Virus record (IMG/VR): IMGVR_UViG_3300045836_000189
Coordinates: 62,001 to 126,000 of that record
Direction: 5' to 3' (one strand)
Origin: an uncultured virus (IMG/VR IMGVR_UViG_3300045836_000189)
Taxonomy: Duplodnaviria; Heunggongvirae; Uroviricota; Caudoviricetes
Length of the DNA: 64,000 nucleotides
Shown here piece after piece: positions 37,817 to 47,181 of the stretch. The position numbers and the translations under genes are program-made. A model generated the notes under the pieces. The model was given only the letters and a program-made list of their open reading frames with translations, was not told the DNA's origin and ran no database searches. Each line of letters opens with the position of its first letter. Position 1 is the first letter of the stretch.

Positions 37817-38912
37817 ATTCTACGTACTTGATTTTGCTCTGATCCAGGTCTTCCAGGGCCCTGAATACCCACGTCTCATCCACCGTGCCTCTGAAACAGA
37901 GCAGGTGAATGGTGGCCATTTCATCCGGCCCAAGTCCCAGGCATCTTCCAAACCGTTGCATGAACTTCCTTTCATTTCCATATGAGTGAAGGACAATAGC
38001 TGCTTTCAGGTCGGGAACCGTGACACCTTCGGAGAGCTGCAGTACGCAACTCAGCCGGTCAATCATTCCTGCCTTGAAAAGACTCAGATTTTGCTCGCTC
38101 GTTGGATTCTTACTGTGATAACTATGCTGACAGAGTTTGTCTGCCTGCTCCTGGGTGTTGGCAAAGACAATGCACTTCTCCTCTATGTGCTGCATCAGCT
38201 TGCGGGCATACCGGATCTTGCTGGGGAATTCCATCATGGCCTTCATCCGCATTACAGAGGATACCTGTTTTGCCTTGGCTCCCTCTGCTTCCATCACCCG
38301 CTTGCTCCAGTAGTTGTAGATGCTCCTCTCTGAGTTGTAGAATACACCCCCGTCTTTCTTTTTGACAGGCACGTTCTTCACCTCACTCAAGGAGATCATG
38401 TGTACCAGGATACGGTAATCATTGAGTACATTGTCCTCAACAGCATCATTGGTAATGTAAGAGTAAACAATCGGACAATACCTGTCCACCATCTTGTATT
38501 TGGCTGAATTCCTGTATCTGGGCGGAGTCCCGGTCAGCCCCAGGATTTTTCCTTTGAAGCCGCTCAGATAATCGTTGTGAGAAGGGAGCAGGCTATGACA
38601 TTCATCCAGGATGATGATGTCATAATCCTGATCCTGCTTGTCAAGAGATAAATAGGTACTGAAAGTGATGTGGTCAAGCAGGTGCGGATAGCCGAACTTT
38701 ACAGCGTCTTCTTTCCAGCCCTGGAATACGGCAAGCTTGGGAGCCACCACAAGGGCTTTAAGCTTCCTGTTGCTTCTGTATTCCATGTTAAGCCTGTCAA
38801 GGCCAATCTTGGTCTTTCCGGTACGCATGGACAGAGCCAGCCCACAGCGGTAATGCTGCAGGGACTCCGTCAATGCCTGTTCTTGTACTTCCTCTCTCTT
38901 TTCGTTAGACAT
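37779..38912 (-). CDS. Superfamily 2 (DExH) helicase
   Basis: MRTGKT, ILDECH, GLTGTP, LSEGVTVPDL, QRFGR. Confidence 0.9.
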   Translation of the reverse strand: MSNEKREEVQEQALTESLQHYRCGLALSMRTGKTKIGLDRLNMEYRSNRKLKALVVAPKLAVFQGWKEDAVKFGYPHLLDHITFSTYLSLDKQDQDYDIIILDECHSLLPSHNDYLSGFKGKILGLTGTPPRYRNSAKYKMVDRYCPIVYSYITNDAVEDNVLNDYRILVHMISLSEVKNVPVKKKDGGVFYNSERSIYNYWSKRVMEAEGAKAKQVSSVMRMKAMMEFPSKIRYARKLMQHIEEKCIVFANTQEQADKLCQHSYHSKNPTSEQNLSLFKAGMIDRLSCVLQLSEGVTVPDLKAAIVLHSYGNERKFMQRFGRCLGLGPDEMATIHLLCFRGTVDETWVFRALEDLDQSKIKYVEFDLEKYETALSR

Positions 38913-39192
38913 GTTCGTCTGATTTAGTCATGAATTCGTGGGCCCAGTCCTGGGTACACTTGCCACAGGGACATACCCATCCTGCCTCCGTTGCTATAAG
39001 CAACCCATCATTAGGACATAACTCTCTTGTTCTTTCCATTGCTGGCTGGAGTTTGTTAATGATCCTTGGTTTGCCAATGCAGGTGTAGGGATGAAATGCC
39101 CCTGAACGCTGGTACTTATTTAGAGCTTCCACTTGCTCCGCTGTGAAGGGAGCCTTGATCTTGTTTGACATATATTTCTTGATGTTCGGCAT
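38905..39192 (-). CDS. Small Cys/His-containing protein
   Basis: FHPYTC...CPNDG...WVCPCGKC. Confidence 0.6.
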   Translation of the reverse strand: MPNIKKYMSNKIKAPFTAEQVEALNKYQRSGAFHPYTCIGKPRIINKLQPAMERTRELCPNDGLLIATEAGWVCPCGKCTQDWAHEFMTKSDEHV

Positions 39193-39760
39193 CCCGTTCC
39201 ATCTGTGCCTTATACAGGGCCTCTTTCAAGTCACGGATAGCCAGTGCCTCATCCAGAGTGATGGGGGTGTAATTGATCATCATGGCATCCACGTTTACAT
39301 ACTTGTATTGTGAAGGCATGATGATAGATCCTGGATCGTTGTAAGGGTAAGAAACATGTGCTTCCGCCAGTACATTCTCATGAATGTGTGCATGGATGTT
39401 GGCCCGGCAAAAGCCCACCTCTGAAGGATGAATAGGGGCATGTGTTAAGACACAGCCCTTGTAGTCCACCATACCGGTAACACCATCCACATACTTCAGA
39501 AGCTCAGGTACGTCCTGATACCTGTCATGGTTACCCAGGACAACGATCTTGCGTCCATTCAGACGATCCAACTGGTGGTAATGATCTTTGGTCTCCATGG
39601 TCACGTCTCCCAGGATATAAGTAGTGTCTTTTTTGTTCACCACACGGTTCCAGGAGTCAATGATCTTTTCATCATGGTAGAACTCTTCACCGAATCCACG
39701 GTGAAGAGCCATCCATTTGTGACCAAGGTGGAGACATCCGATAAAGCGGACTACACTCAT
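39116..39760 (-). CDS. Calcineurin-like metallophosphoesterase
   Basis: CLHLGH, YILGD, LGNHD, LTHAP, NIHAHIH; start adjusted to MSVVRF. Confidence 0.85.
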   Translation of the reverse strand: MSVVRFIGCLHLGHKWMALHRGFGEEFYHDEKIIDSWNRVVNKKDTTYILGDVTMETKDHYHQLDRLNGRKIVVLGNHDRYQDVPELLKYVDGVTGMVDYKGCVLTHAPIHPSEVGFCRANIHAHIHENVLAEAHVSYPYNDPGSIIMPSQYKYVNVDAMMINYTPITLDEALAIRDLKEALYKAQMERDAEHQEIYVKQDQGSLHSGASGSSK

Positions 39761-39761
39761 G

Positions 39762-40142
39762 TTATGCCTCCTGGTCTTTTTTGATACGTTCCTGTAATTC
39801 CTCAAGAGCTTCTCCTGCAGAAGGGATCTTACCGGCTATATAGTCGGGAGTTCCAATCACAAGGCCCTCTATTTCGGTTGCATCCTGATCCACTACAAGG
39901 CCCCAGCCTAAAGTAAGAATGGAATGAATAAGCGTTTTGTACGGGTCTGCTACAGTAAGCGGATCTCCTGAGTCTGCAGCCTGGAGGCTCAGCTCCTTAT
40001 CTACCTGATACATGCTCAGGACAAGGCAGGCTACTTCCTCACCGGATTTGCCTGTTTGTTTCATTAAGAATTCTACAAACTCTTTTGTACTGATACCGGG
40101 TAATCCCTGGGATTCCACTTGTTCTTTGTTGATTTCTGACAT
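39762..40142 (-). CDS. Hypothetical protein
   Basis: ORF track. Confidence 0.55.
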   Translation of the reverse strand: MSEINKEQVESQGLPGISTKEFVEFLMKQTGKSGEEVACLVLSMYQVDKELSLQAADSGDPLTVADPYKTLIHSILTLGWGLVVDQDATEIEGLVIGTPDYIAGKIPSAGEALEELQERIKKDQEA

Positions 40143-40146
40143 ATTC

Positions 40147-40365
40147 TTAGGGTACTTGATTTTCTTCCAGCTCCCTGCGGAGCTCTTTTTGCTGTTGCTT
40201 CTTTAAGCCATTTACCTTGGCATGATTAGGACTGCACATATAACAGCTGCATGGTTTGGTCTGGTGTTTATAGCACCAGAATCCACAGGCTGGATCCAGT
40301 CCTAATCTTTTCAATCTTTTCAGATGTTTGAGTTTGGTAAGCTCTCTTCTACGGCCCTTATTCAT
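40147..40365 (-). CDS. Small basic Cys-rich protein
   Basis: KPCSCYMC motif. Confidence 0.55.
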   Translation of the reverse strand: MNKGRRRELTKLKHLKRLKRLGLDPACGFWCYKHQTKPCSCYMCSPNHAKVNGLKKQQQKELRRELEENQVP

Positions 40366-40621
40366 TGCTTTGCTGCCTGATTATGCTGTTGATGTTGTCT
40401 TCTATAATAAATGATAACACACTGTTTAGGGTGGTATAAAACCTACAGCTACCAAACTTTAGCTTAATCTGTGAGTATTGGAACCCTGGGATCTTAGTAA
40501 GATCCTTGAATATATTATCCAGGAATAAGGTGACTTTCTCATTGTCAAATTCCAGCCCTTGGTCTTCAAAGCCAGGCTCAATAAAGCCTTTATACTTTTC
40601 ATTAAACTGTGCTGCTGTCAT
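40358..40621 (-). CDS. Conserved small phage protein
   Basis: SQIKLKFGSCRFY motif. Confidence 0.6.
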   Translation of the reverse strand: MTAAQFNEKYKGFIEPGFEDQGLEFDNEKVTLFLDNIFKDLTKIPGFQYSQIKLKFGSCRFYTTLNSVLSFIIEDNINSIIRQQSNE

Positions 40622-40626
40622 AACTT

Positions 40627-41385
40627 TTATCCTCTTCCTTTCTGGTCTGGGTAGAGATCTTTTACAAAGTCACTCTGGAAAATTTCTTTGGTCTTTATGT
40701 CCATCATGGTCAGCTTTCCATTCCATCCGGCACCTGTATCCAGATTGGTTACTCCACCTTTAGTAAGTGGTTTGCAATCCTGGTTCTTGTGATTGTACAC
40801 TTGTGTGTGTCCAATGTAAATATGCTCCCAGCCATCCACCGATTTTAACTGCTGGCCTTCTGCACAGCTCTGTGCCTGCTTCCATAGTTCACGGTCCCAG
40901 AACAGTTCCCAGGGCTCGTTGGTAAGCTGATCATCCAGGGTTTTCTCCCGGTCAATTCCAGCATGTACAAATAATACCTTACCTGTTTCAAAGTAGGGAA
41001 CCTGGTCTTTTAAAAAGAAGTCCCTGTGTGTATCAGGGATATCACTTGGATGAAGGGATGCTGTAACACCCACTGAAGTTCTCTGGTAATTTTTACCCAG
41101 GTTCCTGCAGTAAGATTCCAGAGTACCTAATCCACCTTGTTGCCAGGAAGGATGCTGACCTGTTTGCAGGAACTCAGCCCACCACTGGTCATGGTTTCCC
41201 ATAATGGGAATTAGTTTCTTAATGGTTAGTAATTCTTCCACGCACTCATATACCTCATTCCACCCGTCTGCTACATCTCCCAGTTGAATGAGTACGTCTT
41301 CTTCTTTGTTAAACCCAGATCTTTCCAGGCATTGGACTAATGCTTTGTGGGCTCCATGTAGGTCGCCCATGGCAAAAACTTTCAT
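40627..41385 (-). CDS. Ser/Thr protein phosphatase-like metallophosphoesterase (NinI/PrpA type)
   Basis: GDLHG, LGDVADG, MGNHD, FVHAG, LFWDR, IGHT, LDTGAG. Confidence 0.9.
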   Translation of the reverse strand: MKVFAMGDLHGAHKALVQCLERSGFNKEEDVLIQLGDVADGWNEVYECVEELLTIKKLIPIMGNHDQWWAEFLQTGQHPSWQQGGLGTLESYCRNLGKNYQRTSVGVTASLHPSDIPDTHRDFFLKDQVPYFETGKVLFVHAGIDREKTLDDQLTNEPWELFWDRELWKQAQSCAEGQQLKSVDGWEHIYIGHTQVYNHKNQDCKPLTKGGVTNLDTGAGWNGKLTMMDIKTKEIFQSDFVKDLYPDQKGRG

Positions 41386-41403
41386 AGTGGTACGGTTTAT
41401 TTC

Positions 41404-41763
41404 TTAGTTGATATAGATCTCTTGCGGCAGATGACCGAATACATACCGGGTTACATCACAGAGCCATGCCTGGAATGGATCAAACAGCTCATTACTGAAG
41501 TGGACATTATAAACAGCTCCTCCTATTTCAGGAGTATCCATTTGTTTTACAAGCTTCACTTTATAACCAGCTGGTATCTTTCCTACAATAAGATCTACTG
41601 TGACCAGATCCTCACCCTGTGCAAGTATTTCACACATACTGTCTGCCCCAGCCACCATTTGTAAATCAGTATAGCTTCCTTCCCATTCAGGGATAACAGC
41701 AAACCAGTCCGAACCATCCTTCTCGAAGGACATGGTGAGTGTATGTTCATCAATTCTTTTCAT
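41404..41763 (-). CDS. DUF6717-like hypothetical protein
   Basis: LQMVAGADSMCE...AWLCDVTRYVFGHLPQEIY. Confidence 0.55.
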   Translation of the reverse strand: MKRIDEHTLTMSFEKDGSDWFAVIPEWEGSYTDLQMVAGADSMCEILAQGEDLVTVDLIVGKIPAGYKVKLVKQMDTPEIGGAVYNVHFSNELFDPFQAWLCDVTRYVFGHLPQEIYIN

Positions 41764-43128
41764 TATGGATTTTCTTTAAAGTGTTGATTAGCTCCTTTGA
41801 CAGCACTATTTAGTGTATCAAACATTTCGGCAGACAATTGAATGGATACTTGCTGCCCGGCATCCGTTTTAGCTATCAGCATTACACTGGTCTTTCCGGA
41901 AGCCATACCTCCTTCCAGGATAATAAAGTGGGAAGGATTAGCATTCTCTGATTCCAATCCTTTTAATTCTTCAACAGGAGGATCCCCCAGCCTGTGGATA
42001 ATGGTTTTAATTAGCCGCATTATGTTTTTTGATTGTGTTCATGATATTGCTTGCCAGGAATACGGAGGAACGTTTACTGTCCTCCCAGTCCTTGATAGTC
42101 TTTTTAATATCAGTATAGAGGGATTCCTCTTTTTTCTGGAGATCTATTTGAATAGGATCTGTTTTTCTTACAACAGCTTTATCAACTGTTATATTCAGTC
42201 TTCCGGATTCCCAGTCAAAACCTGGATGGATCCCGGTTACATTGACATAAGATCTGCCTCCTACACTGGGATCACTGGTGACTACTACTACATCCAGATC
42301 CTCATCTCCACCATAACCCTTTTGTGAATAGTAGTCCACCAGTTTTTTTAGTTCACTTAGTTTCATTTCATAATTTCATAAATCAGCTGGTCTTTGTCGT
42401 ACTGTTCTACCCGTACCATTAACACTGGTGCGGAGAACGTGATCTGTACCTGACCTTCTGTGGTTTCAATAATCAGTGTGTTTTTCTTAAAGGTGTTGCT
42501 CAGGAAGGTCCACTTGTTTTTAAAGTTGATGATGAATTCATCCTTTAAATTCTCCCAGTGGTTACCTTCCATAAAGAGCAGCTCTTCCCCCCTTTTAACT
42601 ATGGCTTTCATCTTCTAACTGGTCCAGCATTCCTACGTAATAATCTCCCCAGTGTAACTTGTAAGGGATTTCATGCTCGGACAGGATCTCGTCTATATCC
42701 ACATGACACAGGCAGTGATCCATGTCTTCGTCCAGCACTCCCGGATTTATCTTAAAGTGTTCCTCAAACTCCCTTGGTGTCTGGATCTCTTTTTCTCCCT
42801 TGTTGATTACAATTACTACACACATGGCTGATTATTTAGCTAAGAAGCTTCTTACGGTTTTTAGTTGCATTGGTTCCTCTGAGGGTACATAGTTCACCCA
42901 GCTTTCGTAACGTCCGTTACAGCCAGGGGAAGGATGGCTCTGTGTCTTTTTACACCACTGGCATTCCCTTACCGGGAAGATGTGATGTGTGATAGAGGGT
43001 AACCCGTCTATCTGTACTCTCCGGTTTACCCGGTAGTATTTCCACCAGTGCGGACAGATGCTTTTTAAAAGCAGGACCACGATGTTATGTATGGCCCTGC
43101 TGATGTTTTTAATTGTCTTCATTATCAA
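41763..43128 (-). CDS. Run of five small hypothetical ORFs (41763-42020, 42007-42366, 42363-42611, 42595-42825, 42832-43128)
   Basis: Abutting or overlapping same-strand ORFs; no recognisable motifs. Confidence 0.55.
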
Positions 43129-43528
43129 GTCTTGAAAGTGATAGACCCATCTGTTTGGCTTCTTCAGGGTGTGTTTCTACCCACTGATGATGCGGCCAGC
43201 AGAGGGCTTTGAAATAACGTTTGTCTGTAAGGAAGGAGCCTATCCTTCCTTTGGCGTGATGGAGCGTAACTTCTGTGCTTGTACACCCCGGAAACTCACA
43301 GGTCTTTCCTTCCAGGAACTTGTCCCGTTTGCGTCTGTATACTCTCAGCTTTTCCTCCTGTCTTTGGCTGACGGGTCGGATCCTGACCTTTCTTACCACC
43401 GGGACTTTTTTCAGGTTCTCCGGCTTTATCCTGTTCCAGCAAAGAAGGCAATACTTCTGTCCCTGGTAATTCTTCCAGATAAGCTTCTTTTCCAGGCAGT
43501 GGTCACAGATCTTTTCTTTAGGTCTCAT
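43109..43528 (-). CDS. Zinc-finger/HNH-like protein
   Basis: CDHC...CLLC, then CEFPGC...LHHAKGR...ALCWPHHQWV; start adjusted. Confidence 0.65.
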   Translation of the reverse strand: MRPKEKICDHCLEKKLIWKNYQGQKYCLLCWNRIKPENLKKVPVVRKVRIRPVSQRQEEKLRVYRRKRDKFLEGKTCEFPGCTSTEVTLHHAKGRIGSFLTDKRYFKALCWPHHQWVETHPEEAKQMGLSLSRLDNEDN

Positions 43529-43758
43529 CACACAATCATTGAGAACCCTCCTGAAGTAAAGGAAGGGCTGCATTTGGGACAAGGACAACTGATCGTATGG
43601 ATACAAGTAGCTCCTGTACTTTTTATCCCGGTGCCATGGCACTCAGGACACTGGTCATGCATACACGGTCTCCAGTTCTGATCTTGTCTCTGACGGATTC
43701 CTTCCAGGTGTTTCCGTTGCCTCTCTTGGAGGTCTTTCTCATACTGTTCTCTGTTCAT
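43528..43758 (-). CDS. Small Cys-rich zinc-binding protein
   Basis: CMHDQCPECHGTG...CIH...CPCPKC. Confidence 0.6.
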   Translation of the reverse strand: MNREQYEKDLQERQRKHLEGIRQRQDQNWRPCMHDQCPECHGTGIKSTGATCIHTISCPCPKCSPSFTSGGFSMIV

Positions 43759-44294
43759 TACGCTAATTCATAATAGTTAGCCGGGAGGATGCCTACCTCA
43801 ATGAGTCTGGCCACGATCTGCTCCTTGCGGATACCCAGCTGACGGAAGGTCACTGTGCACTTATCCCAGGGATTGATAGCCTTGGGATAATGAGCCAGGG
43901 CTTTGGCAAACTCAGATCTGTGGAAGATGGTAGTAAGGAAGGATCCTATTTTTTCATGTACCAGCTGTTGCTTCCATAGGTTCAATTGATGTTGTGCCTG
44001 TTCAAACAGTTCCAGGATGGCCATCTTTTTTACATAGCTCATCTTGCGGATCTCCTCTTCAGAATAGTTCTTCAGACCATACATAGCATGGTTATAGAGC
44101 AGTTTCTGAATAGGAGTTTCATCATGGACAACAGTCTGGTAACGAGTTTCTTTGTATTGTGTCCCACTGACCTGTAGTTCTTTCAGTGGACTGTTTTCGT
44201 CATAGCTGATGCTACGAGATTTCTGGGTATCCGTGTAATAAACCTGGATCCCTAAGCTGCCTGCCATGACAGCTTTATTTGGATTGTGTTTCAT
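43758..44294 (-). CDS. Hypothetical protein
   Basis: ORF track. Confidence 0.65.
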   Translation of the reverse strand: MKHNPNKAVMAGSLGIQVYYTDTQKSRSISYDENSPLKELQVSGTQYKETRYQTVVHDETPIQKLLYNHAMYGLKNYSEEEIRKMSYVKKMAILELFEQAQHQLNLWKQQLVHEKIGSFLTTIFHRSEFAKALAHYPKAINPWDKCTVTFRQLGIRKEQIVARLIEVGILPANYYELA

Positions 44295-44412
44295 AAAGTA
44301 TCCAATTTGGAGAGGTGAAATTAGAGATTATCTACAAAATAAACAAATGTTGGAGAGAAAAAAGGGGACCGGAATACCTCCAGCCCCCTTCCAAGTAAAC
44401 CAAAACACATGA

Positions 44413-44913
44413 TTACAACACAGCTTCTCTCTGCTGTGAGGTTGTGGCCATGGTCTTCAACGCATCCATTGCGGAGAGATTGGCCAGCTCTTTCTGGGCA
44501 GCCACAGCTTCCCGTATTTCCTCAGTGTTGGTATGCGGGATGAATTCATCCACTGCATTGGGATCCTGGGTAAAGAATGTTTCCCTGAAAATAGGCTGAT
44601 CTCCATAGAGGCACTGCACCCCTGTCTTCCCGGCCATTTTGTAATGACGTTCCGGTTTGGTAGGATCAAATGGTTCCAGAGATTCTTTTACGATAATCCG
44701 TCCTGGGATTTCATCACCAGCATTGAATCCTGCCTGTTTGAGTTCATCCACTTTACCCTTGATCAGGGCGGATCGTTTAGCTAACTTGAACCAGCCTCCT
44801 TCTGTGATCTGGTTCACGACCTGTTCTACACGGATGTAGCCATACTCCGGGTTGTTCTGTGATAAGCCAATAACGGCTCCCGTTTGATCACTTGTAACAG
44901 TTACTGTATACAT
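44413..44913 (-). CDS. Conserved hypothetical phage protein
   Basis: NPEYGYIRVEQ...GDQPIFRETF. Confidence 0.65.
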   Translation of the reverse strand: MYTVTVTSDQTGAVIGLSQNNPEYGYIRVEQVVNQITEGGWFKLAKRSALIKGKVDELKQAGFNAGDEIPGRIIVKESLEPFDPTKPERHYKMAGKTGVQCLYGDQPIFRETFFTQDPNAVDEFIPHTNTEEIREAVAAQKELANLSAMDALKTMATTSQQREAVL

Positions 44914-44923
44914 GATCTGAATT

Positions 44924-45589
44924 TTAAATGATTACTAAATTGGTTTTGTTGATTCTTGTTCTTCCCTTTCTAACTTTTCCATTAAGTTGTTCAAGGAGAG
45001 AGTCATACGTAATATTTAATGCTGTAGATGCTTCACGAATACTATCATAGAAAATACCTGTTGATAGATCAAGTACTATTCTACTGTTTCCGGAGTTTAG
45101 ACTTATTTTTTGCCGTTCCTCTGGAGTTCTTGGAATACCTTTATTCCAAGCTGATTGAACTCCAATTTTTCCCTTGTTCCAGGGAACAGCTCCTGCTTTA
45201 TATCGTTCTTTTAATGTTTCAGACTGCTTTGTGTTTTTAGTACCCCTTTTTGAGTTACTTATTCTTGCTCTTGTTTCATCAGATTGACATTTTTGATCTC
45301 CTTCCTTTGGAAGAAGTAGATTCAAACCCTTGTTTCTATCAAGAACTTGATGCTCTATTCCAAGTTGATACTCCATTCTTAAAACCAGATCAGAGTCACC
45401 CTGCCAAATGATTTCAAGAGTATGGTTCTCAAAACCATATTTTATGAAACTGTTATAGAGTTTTACCTGCTTTTTACAGTCAAGCTTTCTATAAGTATCA
45501 AATCTCTTTTTTGGATTAAGAGTACTTCCGATATAAATCTTACCTGCGGGATTGGTAATCTTATAAACAAATGCAGTTGGAGTAATCAT
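44924..45589 (-). CDS. Free-standing GIY-YIG homing endonuclease with NUMOD3-like and C-terminal HTH modules
   Basis: FVYKITNPAGKIYIGST...R...E...N; PWNKG/AWNKG repeats; FYDSIREASTALNI; visibly AT-rich. Confidence 0.85.
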   Translation of the reverse strand: MITPTAFVYKITNPAGKIYIGSTLNPKKRFDTYRKLDCKKQVKLYNSFIKYGFENHTLEIIWQGDSDLVLRMEYQLGIEHQVLDRNKGLNLLLPKEGDQKCQSDETRARISNSKRGTKNTKQSETLKERYKAGAVPWNKGKIGVQSAWNKGIPRTPEERQKISLNSGNSRIVLDLSTGIFYDSIREASTALNITYDSLLEQLNGKVRKGRTRINKTNLVII

Positions 45590-45664
45590 AGTAGGTATAG
45601 TGTATAAAAAAGCCCGGACTGTCACAGCCCAGGCTTCAACTATATGATTTGAAAGGTAATATGC

Positions 45665-45931
45665 TTAATCTTCGGAGATCTCTATATCCAGATCCGGGTC
45701 AGAGAGCTTCTCTTCATCCGGGATCAGGGTGAGATCCTCAATAACCGGTTCTTCCGGCAGGTAGTAGTCTTCCACTGGTGGCATCTTGTTCAGCACGGAC
45801 CCAAACCATGGGTCTTCCACTGCATCACCAGTATAATAAGCATTCAGATAGTCCAGGTCTTCATCGGACATATCCAGGTATTGTTCAAGAGAGATTTCTA
45901 TAGTTCTTCCAGAGGGTAGCTGATAGATCAT
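45665..45931 (-). CDS. Small acidic protein
   Basis: MIYQLPSGRTIEISLEQYLDMSDEDL; very acidic. Confidence 0.65.
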   Translation of the reverse strand: MIYQLPSGRTIEISLEQYLDMSDEDLDYLNAYYTGDAVEDPWFGSVLNKMPPVEDYYLPEEPVIEDLTLIPDEEKLSDPDLDIEISED

Positions 45932-46030
45932 GGTTCATATGTTTTAGAGTTACCTAAATGTAACTTCTACAACATGATCCGTCAATACCTCTTACTCTCT
46001 AATATGGATAATAGAGCTATAAGTGTATAA

Positions 46031-46207
46031 TTAGTGTACGGCTTCCCGTTTTTTGGAGTTCTTGGAGTACAATTTCTTCTTCCAGAACTCATTGACCTTA
46101 TTGATGTGCTGCTGCTTTTCAGCCAGCTTCTGTCTCAAAACTGTGTTTTCATTCTTCAGTTTTGTGTTCTCATGCAGGACTTCTTTACAGATGATTGCTT
46201 TTATCAT
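46031..46207 (-). CDS. Small coiled-coil protein (~58 aa, not in the ORF track)
   Basis: Manual translation MIKAIICKEVLHENTKLKNENTVLRQKLAEKQQHINKVNEFWKKK... Confidence 0.5.
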   Translation of the reverse strand: MIKAIICKEVLHENTKLKNENTVLRQKLAEKQQHINKVNEFWKKKLYSKNSKKREAVH

Positions 46208-46218
46208 AGTCTACGCAT

Positions 46219-46248
46219 TAAAAAAGGTATGAGCCGGGCTCATACCTC
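46219..46248 (-). terminator. Intrinsic terminator after the HTH gene
   Basis: AGGTATGAGC-CGG-GCTCATACCT stem followed by a T-run on the - strand. Confidence 0.7.
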
Positions 46249-46270
46249 TGTTATAAATAATAGTTTAGTT

Positions 46271-46663
46271 TCAAAATCTGATTTCCATGGAGTCCTTCCC
46301 GATGTTAACGGATTTAGCCCCGTCTCCAATCTCAACTGATACTCCGTTAATGATGAATTTATACGTGCTGGTATTGTTCATGACTCCAACCACACTGGAT
46401 CCGGTAGTGGATGTCCTGTTGGAGTCTGGCTTCATCTGCTCCCGGACCTTTGCTAAACTGTCTGTGGGAGAGATGGCCCCGGATGGCCTTTTGCCTTTTA
46501 CAGAGGGGAACTGCAGTCCTTCCTCCCTAAACCGGTTCTTATAGTTGTGTACACTGGATACAGCAATATGGAAGTGCTGGGCAATGTCCTCAGGATATAC
46601 ACCCTGTACAACCATTGCTTTCATTTCTTCTACCTGATCAGTGGATAGTCTTTTGTTTGCCAT
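46271..46663 (-). CDS. HTH DNA-binding protein transcribed divergently from the integrase
   Basis: LSTDQVEEMKAM...GVYPEDIAQHFHIAVSSVHNYK. Confidence 0.7.
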   Translation of the reverse strand: MANKRLSTDQVEEMKAMVVQGVYPEDIAQHFHIAVSSVHNYKNRFREEGLQFPSVKGKRPSGAISPTDSLAKVREQMKPDSNRTSTTGSSVVGVMNNTSTYKFIINGVSVEIGDGAKSVNIGKDSMEIRF

Positions 46664-46928
46664 GTTCTTCTTTTTGTAGATACGGAATCCTTGTTTCCTG
46701 TTGGTTAAGATTACAAAATTAGGCTGAATTATCCAAATATATAGTCAGGATACTGGATAACAGCTTGTTAATATCTACAAAATGTGAGCCAAACTCATCC
46801 ATTATTCTGTAGATTTTTTCTTTAGGGAAAACCACTTAACTTGGACTACAAGTAATACATTTGTAGAAATTCAGGCTTCCAGGATATAACGTATCCCAGA
46901 AACCCTTTACTTTGTCCAGCAGAATTCA

Positions 46929-47138
46929 GTGAGTAATACGTGAGTAGGTCACTTTGGTGAGTAAGAATATCAGCTTCCAGCAACGGTTTGAAGACGCGGG
47001 TTCGAGTCCCGTCCGGTCCGCTTTATAGTTCTTAAGTAGCTGATAATCAAGATATTCTTAGTCCCAAAAGTGAGTCTTTTGAGTGGTTCCAGTGAGTAAT
47101 CCGTGAGTAACTCCGGATTGATGAAAAAATCTACTCAC
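46929..47138 (+). other. Putative attP: tRNA 3'-end core (46995-47021) flanked by GTGAGTA arm-type repeats
   Basis: CGCGGGTTCGAGTCCCGTCCGGTCCGC is a T-arm plus acceptor strand typical of tRNA-Asp, with no 5' half present. GTGAGTA occurs at 46929, 46940, 46957, 47092, 47103 and inverted at 47132. Directly upstream of the integrase. Confidence 0.8.
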
Positions 47139-47181
47139 TGAATCCGCTGAAACCCAAGCCAGGATTCAATCACATAAGACT

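Noticed and set aside
46929..47138. CRISPR array or a full tRNA gene at the GTGAGTA repeats
   Set aside because: The repeats are only 7-8 bp with irregular spacing, and only the tRNA 3' portion is present. An attP site explains both.
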